From positions 101,341 to 165,340 of the forward strand of contig JBBRNT010000002.1 in NCBI GenBank assembly GCA_038230095.1: 64,000 nt of DNA, in the 5' to 3' direction. A model generated the notes under the pieces. The model made no database searches. It had not been told where the DNA came from and worked only from the letters and a program-made list of their open reading frames with translations. Position numbers and translations under genes: made by a program. Origin of the DNA: Candidatus Saccharimonadia bacterium. GTDB taxonomy: Bacteria; Patescibacteriota; Saccharimonadia; UBA4664; JBBRNT01. Of the stretch, positions 8,773-18,977 are shown in pieces; positions within the stretch are counted from its first letter, which is position 1; each line of letters begins with the position of its first letter.

Positions 8773-9563
8773 ACCCCAGGCGAGTTGTGCGTTCGGGCCG
8801 GCCGGTCTATAGCCGGGGGAGCGTTAATCTACCCCGCAAGTTCCGATTACCAGCGTGGAACTGGCGACTGGTAGGGCTGGGCGTAGGCGTACTCGTGCTG
8901 ACCATGGGGTGGGCTATGGCATTCTCACTGCAACACACCCAGATAGCCGGCCAGCGGAGCGTACCGCTTGAGCGGCTCCGGACGGAGGTGGCCGAGGAGC
9001 TGGGGCACCACTTGGGCTGGGGGAATCTGACTACTCTTGATACGGAAGCGCTCGGCAGCCGTATAAAACAGCGTGAGCCGCTGCTTAATAAAGTGATAGT
9101 GACCCGTAACTGGCCTCATAGCATAGCAATACGGGTGGAGGAGCGTACACCCGGGCTGATCTGGCAGACGGGGGAGTTACGCTATCTGGTGGATAGTGAG
9201 GGAGTAGTAGTAGGGGAGGCGGATACCTCTCCAACAGATCTGGCGGTAGTCCTAGACCGGACTAATCTACCGGTGAAGGTGGGGGATAGAGTGGTGGCCG
9301 AACGGTTTATTACATTTATTATTGATCTGCGCCGCCTCATGCCGGCCACCAAACTTAGTATCAAGAGCCTGGCTGTACCCGAAACAACCACGGAGGTGTT
9401 TGTTACAACGGACAAATCCTACGTTGTAAAATTTGATACGACCCGGCCCGCAACAGATAGCATTACGGCGCTCAACCGAGTGCTTACCGAACTAGCTCGA
9501 GTCGGCAAAGTGCCGGCCGAGTATATAGACCTTCGAATAGAGAACAGAGCCTACTATAAGTAG
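8769..9563 (+). CDS. ftsQ: FtsQ/DivIB-type POTRA-domain cell division protein
   Basis: TM, POTRA-like WPHSIAIRVEER, C-terminal EYIDLRIENRAYY; dcw position. Confidence 0.85.
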   Translation: MNPRRVVRSGRPVYSRGSVNLPRKFRLPAWNWRLVGLGVGVLVLTMGWAMAFSLQHTQIAGQRSVPLERLRTEVAEELGHHLGWGNLTTLDTEALGSRIKQREPLLNKVIVTRNWPHSIAIRVEERTPGLIWQTGELRYLVDSEGVVVGEADTSPTDLAVVLDRTNLPVKVGDRVVAERFITFIIDLRRLMPATKLSIKSLAVPETTTEVFVTTDKSYVVKFDTTRPATDSITALNRVLTELARVGKVPAEYIDLRIENRAYYK

Positions 9564-10266
9564 CTTGCAGCTGCGCTTGTTGTAAATGCCACACTCCCCC
9601 TGCTCGTTCGGTTTTTGTTTTGTTTGGGTAATGTAGCAAGTACATGGATTTAACGGGGCCGAGGCCGGGCATGAAAAAGCCCGTACATACGCAAAAAATA
9701 GGGGTAGTTCGCATTCCCGTGCATATGGGCTCTAACTAGGCGTTTTATACCACTTTAGTGGCTGTATAGTCCCACTATTCATAATGGCAATATGCCATAT
9801 TATGGCTTAACAGAGCTATTATCAGATTAGAATTGATACAAAAAGGTACTACGACACCTCTTCCGAAGCATAACCGCTAAGACGCAAAATACACATTGTG
9901 CGACGTAATCATACAAATGCGCCACACCACCACTCCTCCGTCTTTTCGGCGCTTTCACCAGGTGCATACTAGCGATGGGCTAGGGTGCGCATTCTTGCCC
10001 ACTCTCGGCATGGTACATAACGCGTAATACAGTGTATTTAGCTTGCTTCCATAGGCATTTGACGCGTCAATTCTGCACGTTCCCGCCTACTCCTGGCTGC
10101 CCGGTAACTATGGCAATTATGATGATGCATTTGGATTAACCACTATTTCCTATCTGTTGCCATCTGGTTGTTCCCTACCCTTTCTGGCTACCTTGGACAT
10201 TTTGCTCCCGCGCCCGAACAGGAGTGGACCAGATGGGGAACGGAGGCCTGCCTACAGGAGAAACCA

Positions 10267-10291
10267 AAAACCCAGCCATAGGCTGGGTTTT
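10267..10291. terminator. Bidirectional intrinsic terminator
   Basis: AAAACCCAGCC-ATA-GGCTGGGTTTT. Confidence 0.75.
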
Positions 10292-10318
10292 GTCTTGCAG
10301 ACTTACCTATTTGTGTTC

Positions 10319-13003
10319 CTACTTCTGGTGGTCGCTGGCGCGGTACGTGACACTGGCGTATTTGGGCTTGGACTTAGTCCCCTGGCCGGCTCCACGATCG
10401 TCGCGGCGCGGTGCGCGGGCCGGTTCTGGTGCGCTGGGTGGTAGCTCAGGGTTTCTCAACGCCGCTATAAAGTTCGGTTTTTGTTCGTCAATAGTATTGA
10501 TGAGACTCTCCTCCGTACCACCCACCTCTGGGCCGACTTTCGGCGTGTCACCATCTCCGCCTAGCGTCCAGCGAGATATGGCGTCTTCCACCTCGGCTCG
10601 CGTGGATGAGTAGTTCTGGTGAGTAAGCTCAATGATCTCGGCGGTATGGTCGGCCTCGGACTTAGGCACGCGGAGGGTCTGGCTGGCAAACGGCGTAGTC
10701 TTCTCGCCGTCTATGCTCATGGTGATGTAGTTATGCTGATTGTTCAGATTAATCAGATCCTGCGGGGTAAATGTGGGCTCGAAGTACTTGGCAAGTACGG
10801 TTCCGTCGGCGGCACCTACCCGAAAGCTAATCATAGAGCCGACATTGCCGAAGACGGCGTCACGGACGGTCTCGGGCATTTGTGAGACGTATTGGTTGGC
10901 TACCGTTAGGTTTAGTCCATACTTACGAGCCTCGGAGAGGATGACAGCAAAGGAATCCGTCGCAAAGTTCTGGAACTCATCTACATATAGGTAGAATGGT
11001 CGACGCTGGTCTCGCTCTATGTCGGCGCGGCTCATGGCGGCTAGCTGGATCTTGGTTACCATAAGGGCGCCGAGAATGGCCGCATTGTCCTCGCCCACGA
11101 GACCAGTCGATAGATTGACGATTAGGATCTTGCCCTCGTCCATAAGCTTGCGGAGATTGATCCCGCTACGAGATTGCCCAACAATATTACGTACCAGTGG
11201 ATTGGCGGTGAAAGCACCGACTTTGTTCAGCACCGGGGCCACGGCCTCGGAGGCAAACTTATCGTTCCAGCTGGCAAACTCAGTAACCCAGAACTGTTTT
11301 ACGATGGGGTCCTTTATCTCTTTGATGACTTTATTGCGGAAGCCCTTCTCGGTAAGCATGCGCGTAATGCCCAGCATGGTAGAGTCTGGATAGTCCAGCA
11401 GGGCTAGGATGGTAAACCGGAGAATGTACTCCAACCTGGGGCCCCAGGAGTCGAACAGACGCTTAAGCACGCCTACCAGCTCGGAGCTAATATGGTTCTT
11501 AAAATTGGGATCCGTGACTTCCATAGGGTTGAAGGCTATGGGGAAATCGCGATCGGCTGGGTTGAAGTAGACAACGTCCTTGACGCGGTGGGCTGGCACA
11601 AACTTCATTATGTCGGTTGCTAAGTCGCCATGCGGATCAATAACGGCCATACCAATATTGTGGTACAAGTCCGAGATCATCAGTAGCTGCAACAGGAATG
11701 ACTTACCTGTCCCCGTCTGGCCAATAATGTAGAGGTGGCGCCCGCGGTCGGTGCGCTTAATACCGAACTTGAGACGGCGGCCACGGAAATTGGTGAGGCC
11801 GATCAGGCTGGTGGAGTCGCCGACAGCATTAGTCTCGGTCGGCAGGCTAGCCGGTGGCTCGGCAGTTTTGGAGGTAGCCCAGGCCAGGTTGGGGGTCTCT
11901 ACGCTCTTGTGTGGCAGGTGGTAGACGCTCGCTAGCTCTTCAATATTGAGAATGTAGCCATTGTCCAGGAATAGTCGGGCGCGGTAGTCTTCGAAAAACT
12001 CGGCGTTGGTCTTGGTACCACCGGATTCAAATCCGTTGAGATTATTGGTATTGAACTGTTTAAACCCGCCGACTATGGCCATAAGGCGCTGCTTGCCTAG
12101 CTCTGGGTTGGGGCCGACATAGGCAATGCGCACCTTCACGGCGTAGCCCAGTTTGTTGATCTTCTCTTCTACGCCCTTTATAACGGTAGCCTGTCCGGTG
12201 GACATTTCCTTTTTCTCGGCTTTCTTATCTTCTTTCTTAGCTTCGGGCGCGACCATCATGCCTGAAAACAAGTTGGTAATAATGTGAAGCGGCAGTTCGA
12301 GAATGGCTGCCTGTAGTGACTTCCACAGGGAAGGCTTTTTACCATTTTTGACGTCATCAATGTAGGCCAGTCCACGGTCGCGCCACTTGTCGCTGACGGG
12401 CCGGGCGAGTACCTGGATCCACATTTCCTCATTCTGCTCTTCCAGCTTGGCCATGACGGCGGTAATGCCGGCTAGCGGATCTACTTCGAAGCTCGCAAAG
12501 ACCTTGATGGGCAGTAGATCTGTCTTGGTGAGTATGAGCTCGGCGCCAATCTGAACCGGCTGGCCCGCTTCCCTATCCGTGTAGTCCGGGGCGTCTTCGG
12601 TGATCTGGACACTGGGGTACTGTGCGTAGATCTGACCTTCGACGAAGTCCTTCAGGTGCCGTGGTGTCCAAATGTAGAACTGGATCTGGCCCCCTTTGGC
12701 AGCAATCTCGAGACTAAAATGCTCTTGGAGTGAGCCTTCTTTGGCTATGTCGCTGTCCGAACGCAAAATACCGTGCAAACTAGCGAACATTTGCTCGGCG
12801 GAGAGCTCTTTTTTCTCGTTCTCTTTGGGGACTTCAATTTTTAAGAGTGTGTGTTCCACGTTGCTTACCCAAATTTCCCGGCGCCGGTTCTGCCAGATTA
12901 AGTACAATAAAATAAGGACAATAATGACCCAGCCATAGAACTTAAAGAGGACGATACCGATGAGTTGCAGAAGCGTCCCCACCAGTGACACTAAGAAGCT
13001 CAT
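10319..13003 (-). CDS. Membrane-anchored VirD4/TraD/HerA-like (T4SS coupling protein family) ATPase
   Basis: N-terminal TMs; HLYIIGQTGTGKS Walker A; IDPHGD; LYVDEFQNF Walker B; SEARKYG. Confidence 0.85.
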   Translation of the reverse strand: MSFLVSLVGTLLQLIGIVLFKFYGWVIIVLILLYLIWQNRRREIWVSNVEHTLLKIEVPKENEKKELSAEQMFASLHGILRSDSDIAKEGSLQEHFSLEIAAKGGQIQFYIWTPRHLKDFVEGQIYAQYPSVQITEDAPDYTDREAGQPVQIGAELILTKTDLLPIKVFASFEVDPLAGITAVMAKLEEQNEEMWIQVLARPVSDKWRDRGLAYIDDVKNGKKPSLWKSLQAAILELPLHIITNLFSGMMVAPEAKKEDKKAEKKEMSTGQATVIKGVEEKINKLGYAVKVRIAYVGPNPELGKQRLMAIVGGFKQFNTNNLNGFESGGTKTNAEFFEDYRARLFLDNGYILNIEELASVYHLPHKSVETPNLAWATSKTAEPPASLPTETNAVGDSTSLIGLTNFRGRRLKFGIKRTDRGRHLYIIGQTGTGKSFLLQLLMISDLYHNIGMAVIDPHGDLATDIMKFVPAHRVKDVVYFNPADRDFPIAFNPMEVTDPNFKNHISSELVGVLKRLFDSWGPRLEYILRFTILALLDYPDSTMLGITRMLTEKGFRNKVIKEIKDPIVKQFWVTEFASWNDKFASEAVAPVLNKVGAFTANPLVRNIVGQSRSGINLRKLMDEGKILIVNLSTGLVGEDNAAILGALMVTKIQLAAMSRADIERDQRRPFYLYVDEFQNFATDSFAVILSEARKYGLNLTVANQYVSQMPETVRDAVFGNVGSMISFRVGAADGTVLAKYFEPTFTPQDLINLNNQHNYITMSIDGEKTTPFASQTLRVPKSEADHTAEIIELTHQNYSSTRAEVEDAISRWTLGGDGDTPKVGPEVGGTEESLINTIDEQKPNFIAALRNPELPPSAPEPARAPRRDDRGAGQGTKSKPKYASVTYRASDHQK

Positions 13004-14046
13004 GAGTCGGTTAACCGATAGGTTGCCTTGGCAACGCGCTCAAACTGGGACTTCTCCTGCAGATTGAGAACGATAGTAGTGGTCTTTACTTGGCGTTTCT
13101 CCAGCACCCGGCGGACAATCTCGTCCTTATGCAGGGGTGCTTGCTGGCGGAGAATTTCAGTAATAATGTCGGCGACAGTTCCAGGCGTATAGCCCCAGTC
13201 GCTGAGCGCGTAAATGCCGCGGCCAATGAGGACAAAACGACTGTCTTTAATAAGCTCATTGTGTACGGCCTGGACGGTAACCTTGCGACGCGAGAACCCA
13301 GACTGGTGAATGTGTTCGGCAATGTCGGAGAAGTGCAGCGGCTTGCCGTGCTTGCCCAGAACCAGGAAAGTCTTATCGCGAATGCTCTTTGGGTTGACTG
13401 ACGGCCAGCTGATAAGGCCAATCTTGCCGTCGAGCGCAGCTAGGTCCTTGGAAATGTCGGCAATCTGGCCGACCGTATTGGCAGCCGGTGCCGAGGGCAT
13501 GTTGGCGGCAGCCTTGGAAGCCGAGATGGGCTTGCCAGCGGCTTTGACAACCTCGATAAGCTCGGCTGCCGCGGCACGGACGTGCTTGGTTGTGTAGGTC
13601 GGCAGTACGCCAAAACCACTGAGCAGGCGGTCGCTCTCTTCGATAGTCTCAATGGAGGGAGTGAGCTCGGCTAGAAACAGGATGTAGGCCTGGTCGCCGG
13701 CCGATTCCGCGCCGAAATGGGCTGCCATGGCTGTAGCAGTAGCGACACCACCCATAGTGGTCAAATACGCTACAAAGGCGCTATCCATAGCGGCTACCTC
13801 GGTCTTAGCAGCAGTTTTGAGCTTGGCAGTAGCCGCTTTCTCGATCTGACGGACACGTTCGCGGGTAATGCCAAAATCGCGACCGATCTTTTCGAGCGTC
13901 TGTCGCTTGGCCAAACCAAAACCGAATCGCTTGGCCAGGATCTGGCGGTCGCGATCGCGGCGGAGCAGCTTCAGGGCGCTGTTCGCAATTTGTTTGTAGT
14001 TGATTCCGGTTGTGGAATTGGTTGATTGATTCAAGTCTGTAACCAT
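13000..14046 (-). CDS. Sigma-70 region 4 HTH fused to RNAP delta/HARE-type winged HTH domains
   Basis: TLEKIGRDFGITRERVRQIE; GKPLHFSDI...VHNELIKDSRFVLIGRGIYAL. Confidence 0.8.
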   Translation of the reverse strand: MVTDLNQSTNSTTGINYKQIANSALKLLRRDRDRQILAKRFGFGLAKRQTLEKIGRDFGITRERVRQIEKAATAKLKTAAKTEVAAMDSAFVAYLTTMGGVATATAMAAHFGAESAGDQAYILFLAELTPSIETIEESDRLLSGFGVLPTYTTKHVRAAAAELIEVVKAAGKPISASKAAANMPSAPAANTVGQIADISKDLAALDGKIGLISWPSVNPKSIRDKTFLVLGKHGKPLHFSDIAEHIHQSGFSRRKVTVQAVHNELIKDSRFVLIGRGIYALSDWGYTPGTVADIITEILRQQAPLHKDEIVRRVLEKRQVKTTTIVLNLQEKSQFERVAKATYRLTDS

Positions 14047-14060
14047 CTATTCAAGATAGA

Positions 14061-14089
14061 ATTATAAAATAAGTGTCAACCCGTGTCAA
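14061..14089 (-). promoter_or_regulatory. Consensus sigma70 promoter with a second TTGACA in the spacer
   Basis: Minus strand TTGACA(14089-14084)-17 bp-TATAAT(14066-14061); extra TTGACA at 14079-14074. Confidence 0.8.
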
Positions 14090-14107
14090 TGATATTATGT
14101 CGCTTTT

Positions 14108-16429
14108 CTAGAATTTGGGTATAGCTGGGTTTTTGGGCAGTTTGAAGTGCTGGCCATTAATTATGATGTAATCCGGCGTTACAATAACCGGCTGGCCCTC
14201 GGTGACTGGCGCTTCAGGGGGCTTAGGCCTTGTCGCACATAACTTAGTCGGTACCGACTCCTGTAGGTACCACTCTAGTACCTTCGTATCCCAGGCGTTG
14301 GCGAGGCCGCCGTCGGTCGCACAGACGGCTACCTGGACCAGGCCGGCTGGGTGGACGAATGGTATAACCGGCTGGCCTGCGAGTGCCTGCTCCATGTAGT
14401 CGTGCCAGATAGGCGCAGCGCCAGTAATGCCATCAACGCCGAGCATTTTCGAATGATTATTGTTGCCTACCCAGACGGCCGTGACGAGCTGCGGCGTATA
14501 GCCGACCGTCCAGTTGTCGCGGAAGTCGTTGGTGGTACCGGTCTTGGCGGCAGCCGGCCGGCTGAGCCGAAGTGGCGAGTTGGCAGTAAACTCCTCGGTA
14601 CGCGCGGTGTTGTCGGATAAGATATCCGTGATCATAGCCGCGACGCGCGCGTCCATGACCTGAGTTCCCGGCGCAACCGGCTTAGTCAGGTCTCCCCCAT
14701 TCTTGTCGTGAACCGACAGGATAGGACGGGGCGTGACACTGATGCCACCGGTAGCAAAGCTGGCGTAGGCGCTGGCCATATCGAGCGGGCGGACTTCGGC
14801 GCTACCTAGGACAATGCTCTCCCCATACTGGCTGCTGTCTCCCAGGGTGGTTATACCCAGCTTCTTGGCAAACTCTATGGCTGGCACGAGCCCTACGTGC
14901 TCCAGGACGTGGAGGGCGGGTATATTGAGCGAGTTGGCCAGCGCGCGGCGGAGGGTGACGGGGCCACGGAACTTGCCGTCGTAGTTGTTCGGCCGGTACA
15001 CGCTGCCGTCTGGCTGGGGCACGGCCATGGGCTGGTCTTCTACCACCGTTCCCCCACTCCAGCCCCCAGCGAAAGCAGCGGCGTAGACGAGCGGCTTAAA
15101 GCTGGAACCAGGCTGCAGGCGGGATGTGGTGACATTGACGCTACCAAAGCCTGGGGTGTCATAGCCAATGCTCCCAACCATGGCCAGGACGTCGCCAGTC
15201 GTAGGATCGAGTGATACTAGTCCCCCATTGGTGGCGTTATTACCAGCAAGCCGAGCCACTTGAGCTGCTACGATCTGTTCGGCGCTCGCTTGTTTCGTGA
15301 GATCTAGCGAGGTCTTGACCACCATTCCCCCACTCTCCACCGCATCATTCCCGTACTGCTTACGGAGCTCATCTAGCACGTAGAACACAAAGTGTGGCGC
15401 CCGTAGCACCTGCTGACGGCTTGATACCACGATGGGAGCCTGTCCAGCAGCAGCAGACTCGGTGTCGGTTATGCGGTGACCGGCCTGCATGAGTGCTAAG
15501 ACATCGCTACGCCGGGCCGCAGCGGCCTGGGGGAAGGCGGTAGGATCTAGCCGGCTGGGTGCCAGCGGCAGGCCGGCTAGTAAGGCGCTCTCCGGCAGTG
15601 TCAGCTGTGCGGCTGGTTTATGGAAGTAGGTTTGGGCTGCTGCCTCTATGCCCTGAGCGCCCTGGCCGTAGTAGACCTTGTTCAGGTACATTTCTAGGAT
15701 TTGATTCTTGGTGTACTTCTTTTCCAGTGCGATGGATAGCACAATTTCCTGAAACTTCCGCTGGAAGCTCTTTTCGGGTGTGAGCAGACTATTCTTAATG
15801 AGTTGCTGGGTAATAGTGGAGCCGCCCTGGAGCTTGCCGTGCTTCTGAGCATCGACGTAGATGGCTCGTAGGGTTCCCCGCCAGGAGAAACCGGCGTGGT
15901 CGTAGAAGTGCGGGTCCTCGGCCGCCAGCGTGGCGTCTATGACGGACTGCGGCAGGTCTGCCAAGTGTATGTCGGTGCGGGTGGAGGCACCGTAGGCTTG
16001 GTACAGAAGAGTACCGTTGCGGTCGGTTAAGGTAATGCCAGTGGACGTACGGTTAAGGAGGGCGGCAGGGCTCGCAATGTAGGCCCCGTACTGGGAAATG
16101 GTTTGTTTGGCGGCGTCGTAGGCCATAACACCGACAGCGGCACCAGAGCCTGCTAGCCCAAGCAGCAGTGCCACTACGAGCCAACGGTTTAGGATACGGC
16201 GGCGCAGCTTTCCAGCGACACGCAGCAGATCTGAGCCGATAGCGGGGGCGTCCCAGGCTATACGCTTGCCGGCGCGGCTGAGCGTGCGCTTCGTCCAGAG
16301 CAGCCAGGAGTCTGCCGTGACACCCCAGGTCTCGCTGGAGGTAAAAGTGCCTTGGCTAAGGAGCGCAAAGCTCAGGCTCTCGTAGAACTGAACCTGGTCC
16401 GGCTTGGAACGTGTTTTGCGTTTGGTCAT
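14108..16429 (-). CDS. Class A (bifunctional) penicillin-binding protein, PBP1A family
   Basis: EDPHFYDH, QGGSTITQQL, RKFQE, YLNKVYYG; QPGSSFKP, SLN, KTGTT. Confidence 0.94.
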   Translation of the reverse strand: MTKRKTRSKPDQVQFYESLSFALLSQGTFTSSETWGVTADSWLLWTKRTLSRAGKRIAWDAPAIGSDLLRVAGKLRRRILNRWLVVALLLGLAGSGAAVGVMAYDAAKQTISQYGAYIASPAALLNRTSTGITLTDRNGTLLYQAYGASTRTDIHLADLPQSVIDATLAAEDPHFYDHAGFSWRGTLRAIYVDAQKHGKLQGGSTITQQLIKNSLLTPEKSFQRKFQEIVLSIALEKKYTKNQILEMYLNKVYYGQGAQGIEAAAQTYFHKPAAQLTLPESALLAGLPLAPSRLDPTAFPQAAAARRSDVLALMQAGHRITDTESAAAGQAPIVVSSRQQVLRAPHFVFYVLDELRKQYGNDAVESGGMVVKTSLDLTKQASAEQIVAAQVARLAGNNATNGGLVSLDPTTGDVLAMVGSIGYDTPGFGSVNVTTSRLQPGSSFKPLVYAAAFAGGWSGGTVVEDQPMAVPQPDGSVYRPNNYDGKFRGPVTLRRALANSLNIPALHVLEHVGLVPAIEFAKKLGITTLGDSSQYGESIVLGSAEVRPLDMASAYASFATGGISVTPRPILSVHDKNGGDLTKPVAPGTQVMDARVAAMITDILSDNTARTEEFTANSPLRLSRPAAAKTGTTNDFRDNWTVGYTPQLVTAVWVGNNNHSKMLGVDGITGAAPIWHDYMEQALAGQPVIPFVHPAGLVQVAVCATDGGLANAWDTKVLEWYLQESVPTKLCATRPKPPEAPVTEGQPVIVTPDYIIINGQHFKLPKNPAIPKF

Positions 16430-16558
16430 ACCAAAGCCCCGCGCATTAGCGTTTGTGCATTATTCTTAAAAACTATTATCCGCCACCAATTGTGGCTTAC
16501 ATTAGCATAAATCAGATATGGACACCATGGGCATTTCCCCAAAAGTGTCTGTGAGGGA

Positions 16559-18874
16559 CTAGGCTTTGGGTTTGCGAGTAAAGCGTCCGCGGGGCTTGTC
16601 TGGTGCGGCGGCAATAAGGGCCTCGCAGGCTGGGAGGTCGAGGGTAGCCGGGTCTTGGCCCTTGGGGATCTTGGCATTGGTTTTACCATTGGTCACATAT
16701 GGGCCGAAACGGCCATTGAGCACCTTAATGTCAGAACCCTCGAATTCACGGATAGTTTTGGCAGCGTCGGCGGCTTTTTTCGCGGCAATTAGCTCCTGGG
16801 CTTTTTCTAGGGTAATACTGAACGGGTCTTCCGGCTTAATTGAGACAAATAGCTTGCCAACCTTTACATACGGTCCAAAGCGGCCAATATTGGCACTTAT
16901 GCTCTCCCCTGCTGGAGTCTGCCCCAGGTCGCGAGGTAGCTTAAACTGCTCCAGCGCTTCTTCTAGAGTGACAGTATCCACCTTGCGGCCGACTGGCATA
17001 GGGGCAAAGCGAGGCTTCTCCTCGTCTTCGGCCTCCCCTATCTGGAGCATGAGGCCGTAGCGGCCCATACGGGCTATCACTGGCTTGCCAGACTTGGGGT
17101 CTTTGCCAAGCTCGCGAGCGCCAGAGGCTTCCTCGCGGCTTATATCGGCTGCCGACTCGACAGTCTTGTGAAAGGGTGTGTAGAACTCCGAGATCATGAT
17201 ATTCCAGGAGGTTTTGCCTTCCTCTATCTCATCGAAGTCTTGCTCTACCTTGGCGGTAAACTGGAAGTCCACAATACTAGGAAAGTGCTTAACCAAGAAG
17301 TCGGTCACCAGCTCGCCAATGGGTGTGGGAAATAGCTTGGAGCGTTCGGCGCCAGTCATTTCGGTCTGAATCCGCTCGACTATCCCCTGCCCCGTTAGCT
17401 CGACAATCTGGATGTCTCGCGGTGTACCCTCCTTATCGGTTTTCTCGACATAGCCACGGTCCTGGATGGTAGAGATGGTAGGCGCGTAGGTGGACGGTCG
17501 GCCAATGCCCATTTCTTCCATCCGCTTGACCAAACTGGCCTCGGTGTAACGCGGCTTGGCTCGGTCGTAGCTCTGGGTGGCGCGCATCCAGCCCAGGCCA
17601 AGCGCCTCGCCGATAGTCAGCTTAGGCAGTAGTCCCTGCTCTTCCATTTCCTCATCATCGGCACCCTCGAGGTAGACGGCTAGGAAGCCATCAAACTTAA
17701 TGATTTCACCCTTGGCGACCAGGGTATCATGGCTGGGCGCAAAGCTGATAATTGCTTCGGTCTTCTCTAATACCGCGTCGGCCATTTGCGAGGCAATGGT
17801 GCGCTTCCAGATGAGCTCGTAGAGGCGCTTCTGGCCACTGTCGGCCCCGGCAGCCCGCCGGCCAAACTCGGTGGGGCGGATGGCTTCATGTGCCTCTTGG
17901 GCCCCGGCCGACTTGGTATGGAACTTGCGAGTATGGACGTAGTTTGCTCCAAAATCCTTGCTAATCTCGCTAGACGCGGACTTAATAGCGAGCTCACTCA
18001 GATTGAGCGAATCTGTACGCATGTAGGTAATAAGCCCCTGCTCGTAGAGTTTCTGGGCAATCGTCATGGTCTGTCTTACCGAGTAGCCGAGCTTGCGGCT
18101 AGCTTCCTGCTGCAGGGTTGAAGTCGTAAAGGGTGCTGATGGGCTCTTCTTGCCCGGCTTAGTCTCAAGACTCTTAATGGAGAATGTGGATTTCTCGGCT
18201 ACCTCTAGGAAGGCCTGGGCCTCGGCCTTGGTCTTGAACTTGGCGGGTCGCTCAGCGCGTACCACGCTGCCGTTGCCGGTGGTAAACTCGGCAGCCAGGC
18301 GGTAGGTGGCCTGCGTGGAGAAGCCTTCTATCTCCCGCTCGCGGTCGACAATAATGCGGACGGCGACGGACTGCACCCGCCCGGCTGACAAACCGGTACG
18401 GACCTTCTTCCAGAGGACTGGCGAGAGCTCATAGCCTACCAGGCGGTCTAGCACGCGGCGGGCTTGTTGGGCGTCTACCAGGTGCTGGTCAATAAAGCGG
18501 GGGCTGGCAATAGCGGCCTTAATGGCTGGCTCGGTAATTTCGTGGAAGACAATCCGCTTGGTCTTCTTCGGGTCCAGCCCAAGAACATTGGCAACATGCC
18601 AGGCAATTGCCTCACCTTCGCGGTCTTCATCGCTAGCTAGCCAAACAGTATCGGCGGCTTTGGCCAGCTTGCGTAAGCCGGCCACCGTCTTGGCCTTATC
18701 TGGACTTACGACGTAGTTGGGGGCAAAGCCGTGCTCAATATCTATAGACATGCCAGTCTTGGGTAGGTCACGAATGTGGCCAAAACTAGCAACGACGGTA
18801 TAGTCCTTGCCTAGGTATTTCTCAATTGTTTTGGCTTTCGCAGGGCTTTCGACGATGACGAGGTTTTTGCTCAT
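16559..18874 (-). CDS. topA: DNA topoisomerase I
   Basis: LVIVESPAKAKTI, DEDREGEAI, SAGRVQS, ITYMRTDS, GRFGPYV C-terminal repeats. Confidence 0.98.
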   Translation of the reverse strand: MSKNLVIVESPAKAKTIEKYLGKDYTVVASFGHIRDLPKTGMSIDIEHGFAPNYVVSPDKAKTVAGLRKLAKAADTVWLASDEDREGEAIAWHVANVLGLDPKKTKRIVFHEITEPAIKAAIASPRFIDQHLVDAQQARRVLDRLVGYELSPVLWKKVRTGLSAGRVQSVAVRIIVDREREIEGFSTQATYRLAAEFTTGNGSVVRAERPAKFKTKAEAQAFLEVAEKSTFSIKSLETKPGKKSPSAPFTTSTLQQEASRKLGYSVRQTMTIAQKLYEQGLITYMRTDSLNLSELAIKSASSEISKDFGANYVHTRKFHTKSAGAQEAHEAIRPTEFGRRAAGADSGQKRLYELIWKRTIASQMADAVLEKTEAIISFAPSHDTLVAKGEIIKFDGFLAVYLEGADDEEMEEQGLLPKLTIGEALGLGWMRATQSYDRAKPRYTEASLVKRMEEMGIGRPSTYAPTISTIQDRGYVEKTDKEGTPRDIQIVELTGQGIVERIQTEMTGAERSKLFPTPIGELVTDFLVKHFPSIVDFQFTAKVEQDFDEIEEGKTSWNIMISEFYTPFHKTVESAADISREEASGARELGKDPKSGKPVIARMGRYGLMLQIGEAEDEEKPRFAPMPVGRKVDTVTLEEALEQFKLPRDLGQTPAGESISANIGRFGPYVKVGKLFVSIKPEDPFSITLEKAQELIAAKKAADAAKTIREFEGSDIKVLNGRFGPYVTNGKTNAKIPKGQDPATLDLPACEALIAAAPDKPRGRFTRKPKA

Positions 18875-18943
18875 ACAAGACTACACGTTCTTATATATGT
18901 CTGCCCGCGTCAAGGGAATTTCTCACAAACCAGATGAGAAATT

Positions 18944-18973
18944 TAAAAGAGCCCACATGGAAGTGTGGGCTCT
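18944..18973 (-). terminator. Intrinsic terminator
   Basis: AGAGCCCACA-TGGAAG-TGTGGGCTCT with a T run on the minus strand. Confidence 0.65.
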
Positions 18974-18977
18974 GTAA

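Noticed and set aside
10319-13003. Conjugative element implied by the VirD4-like ATPase
   Set aside because: No relaxase, VirB4, integrase or att sites; embedded among housekeeping genes
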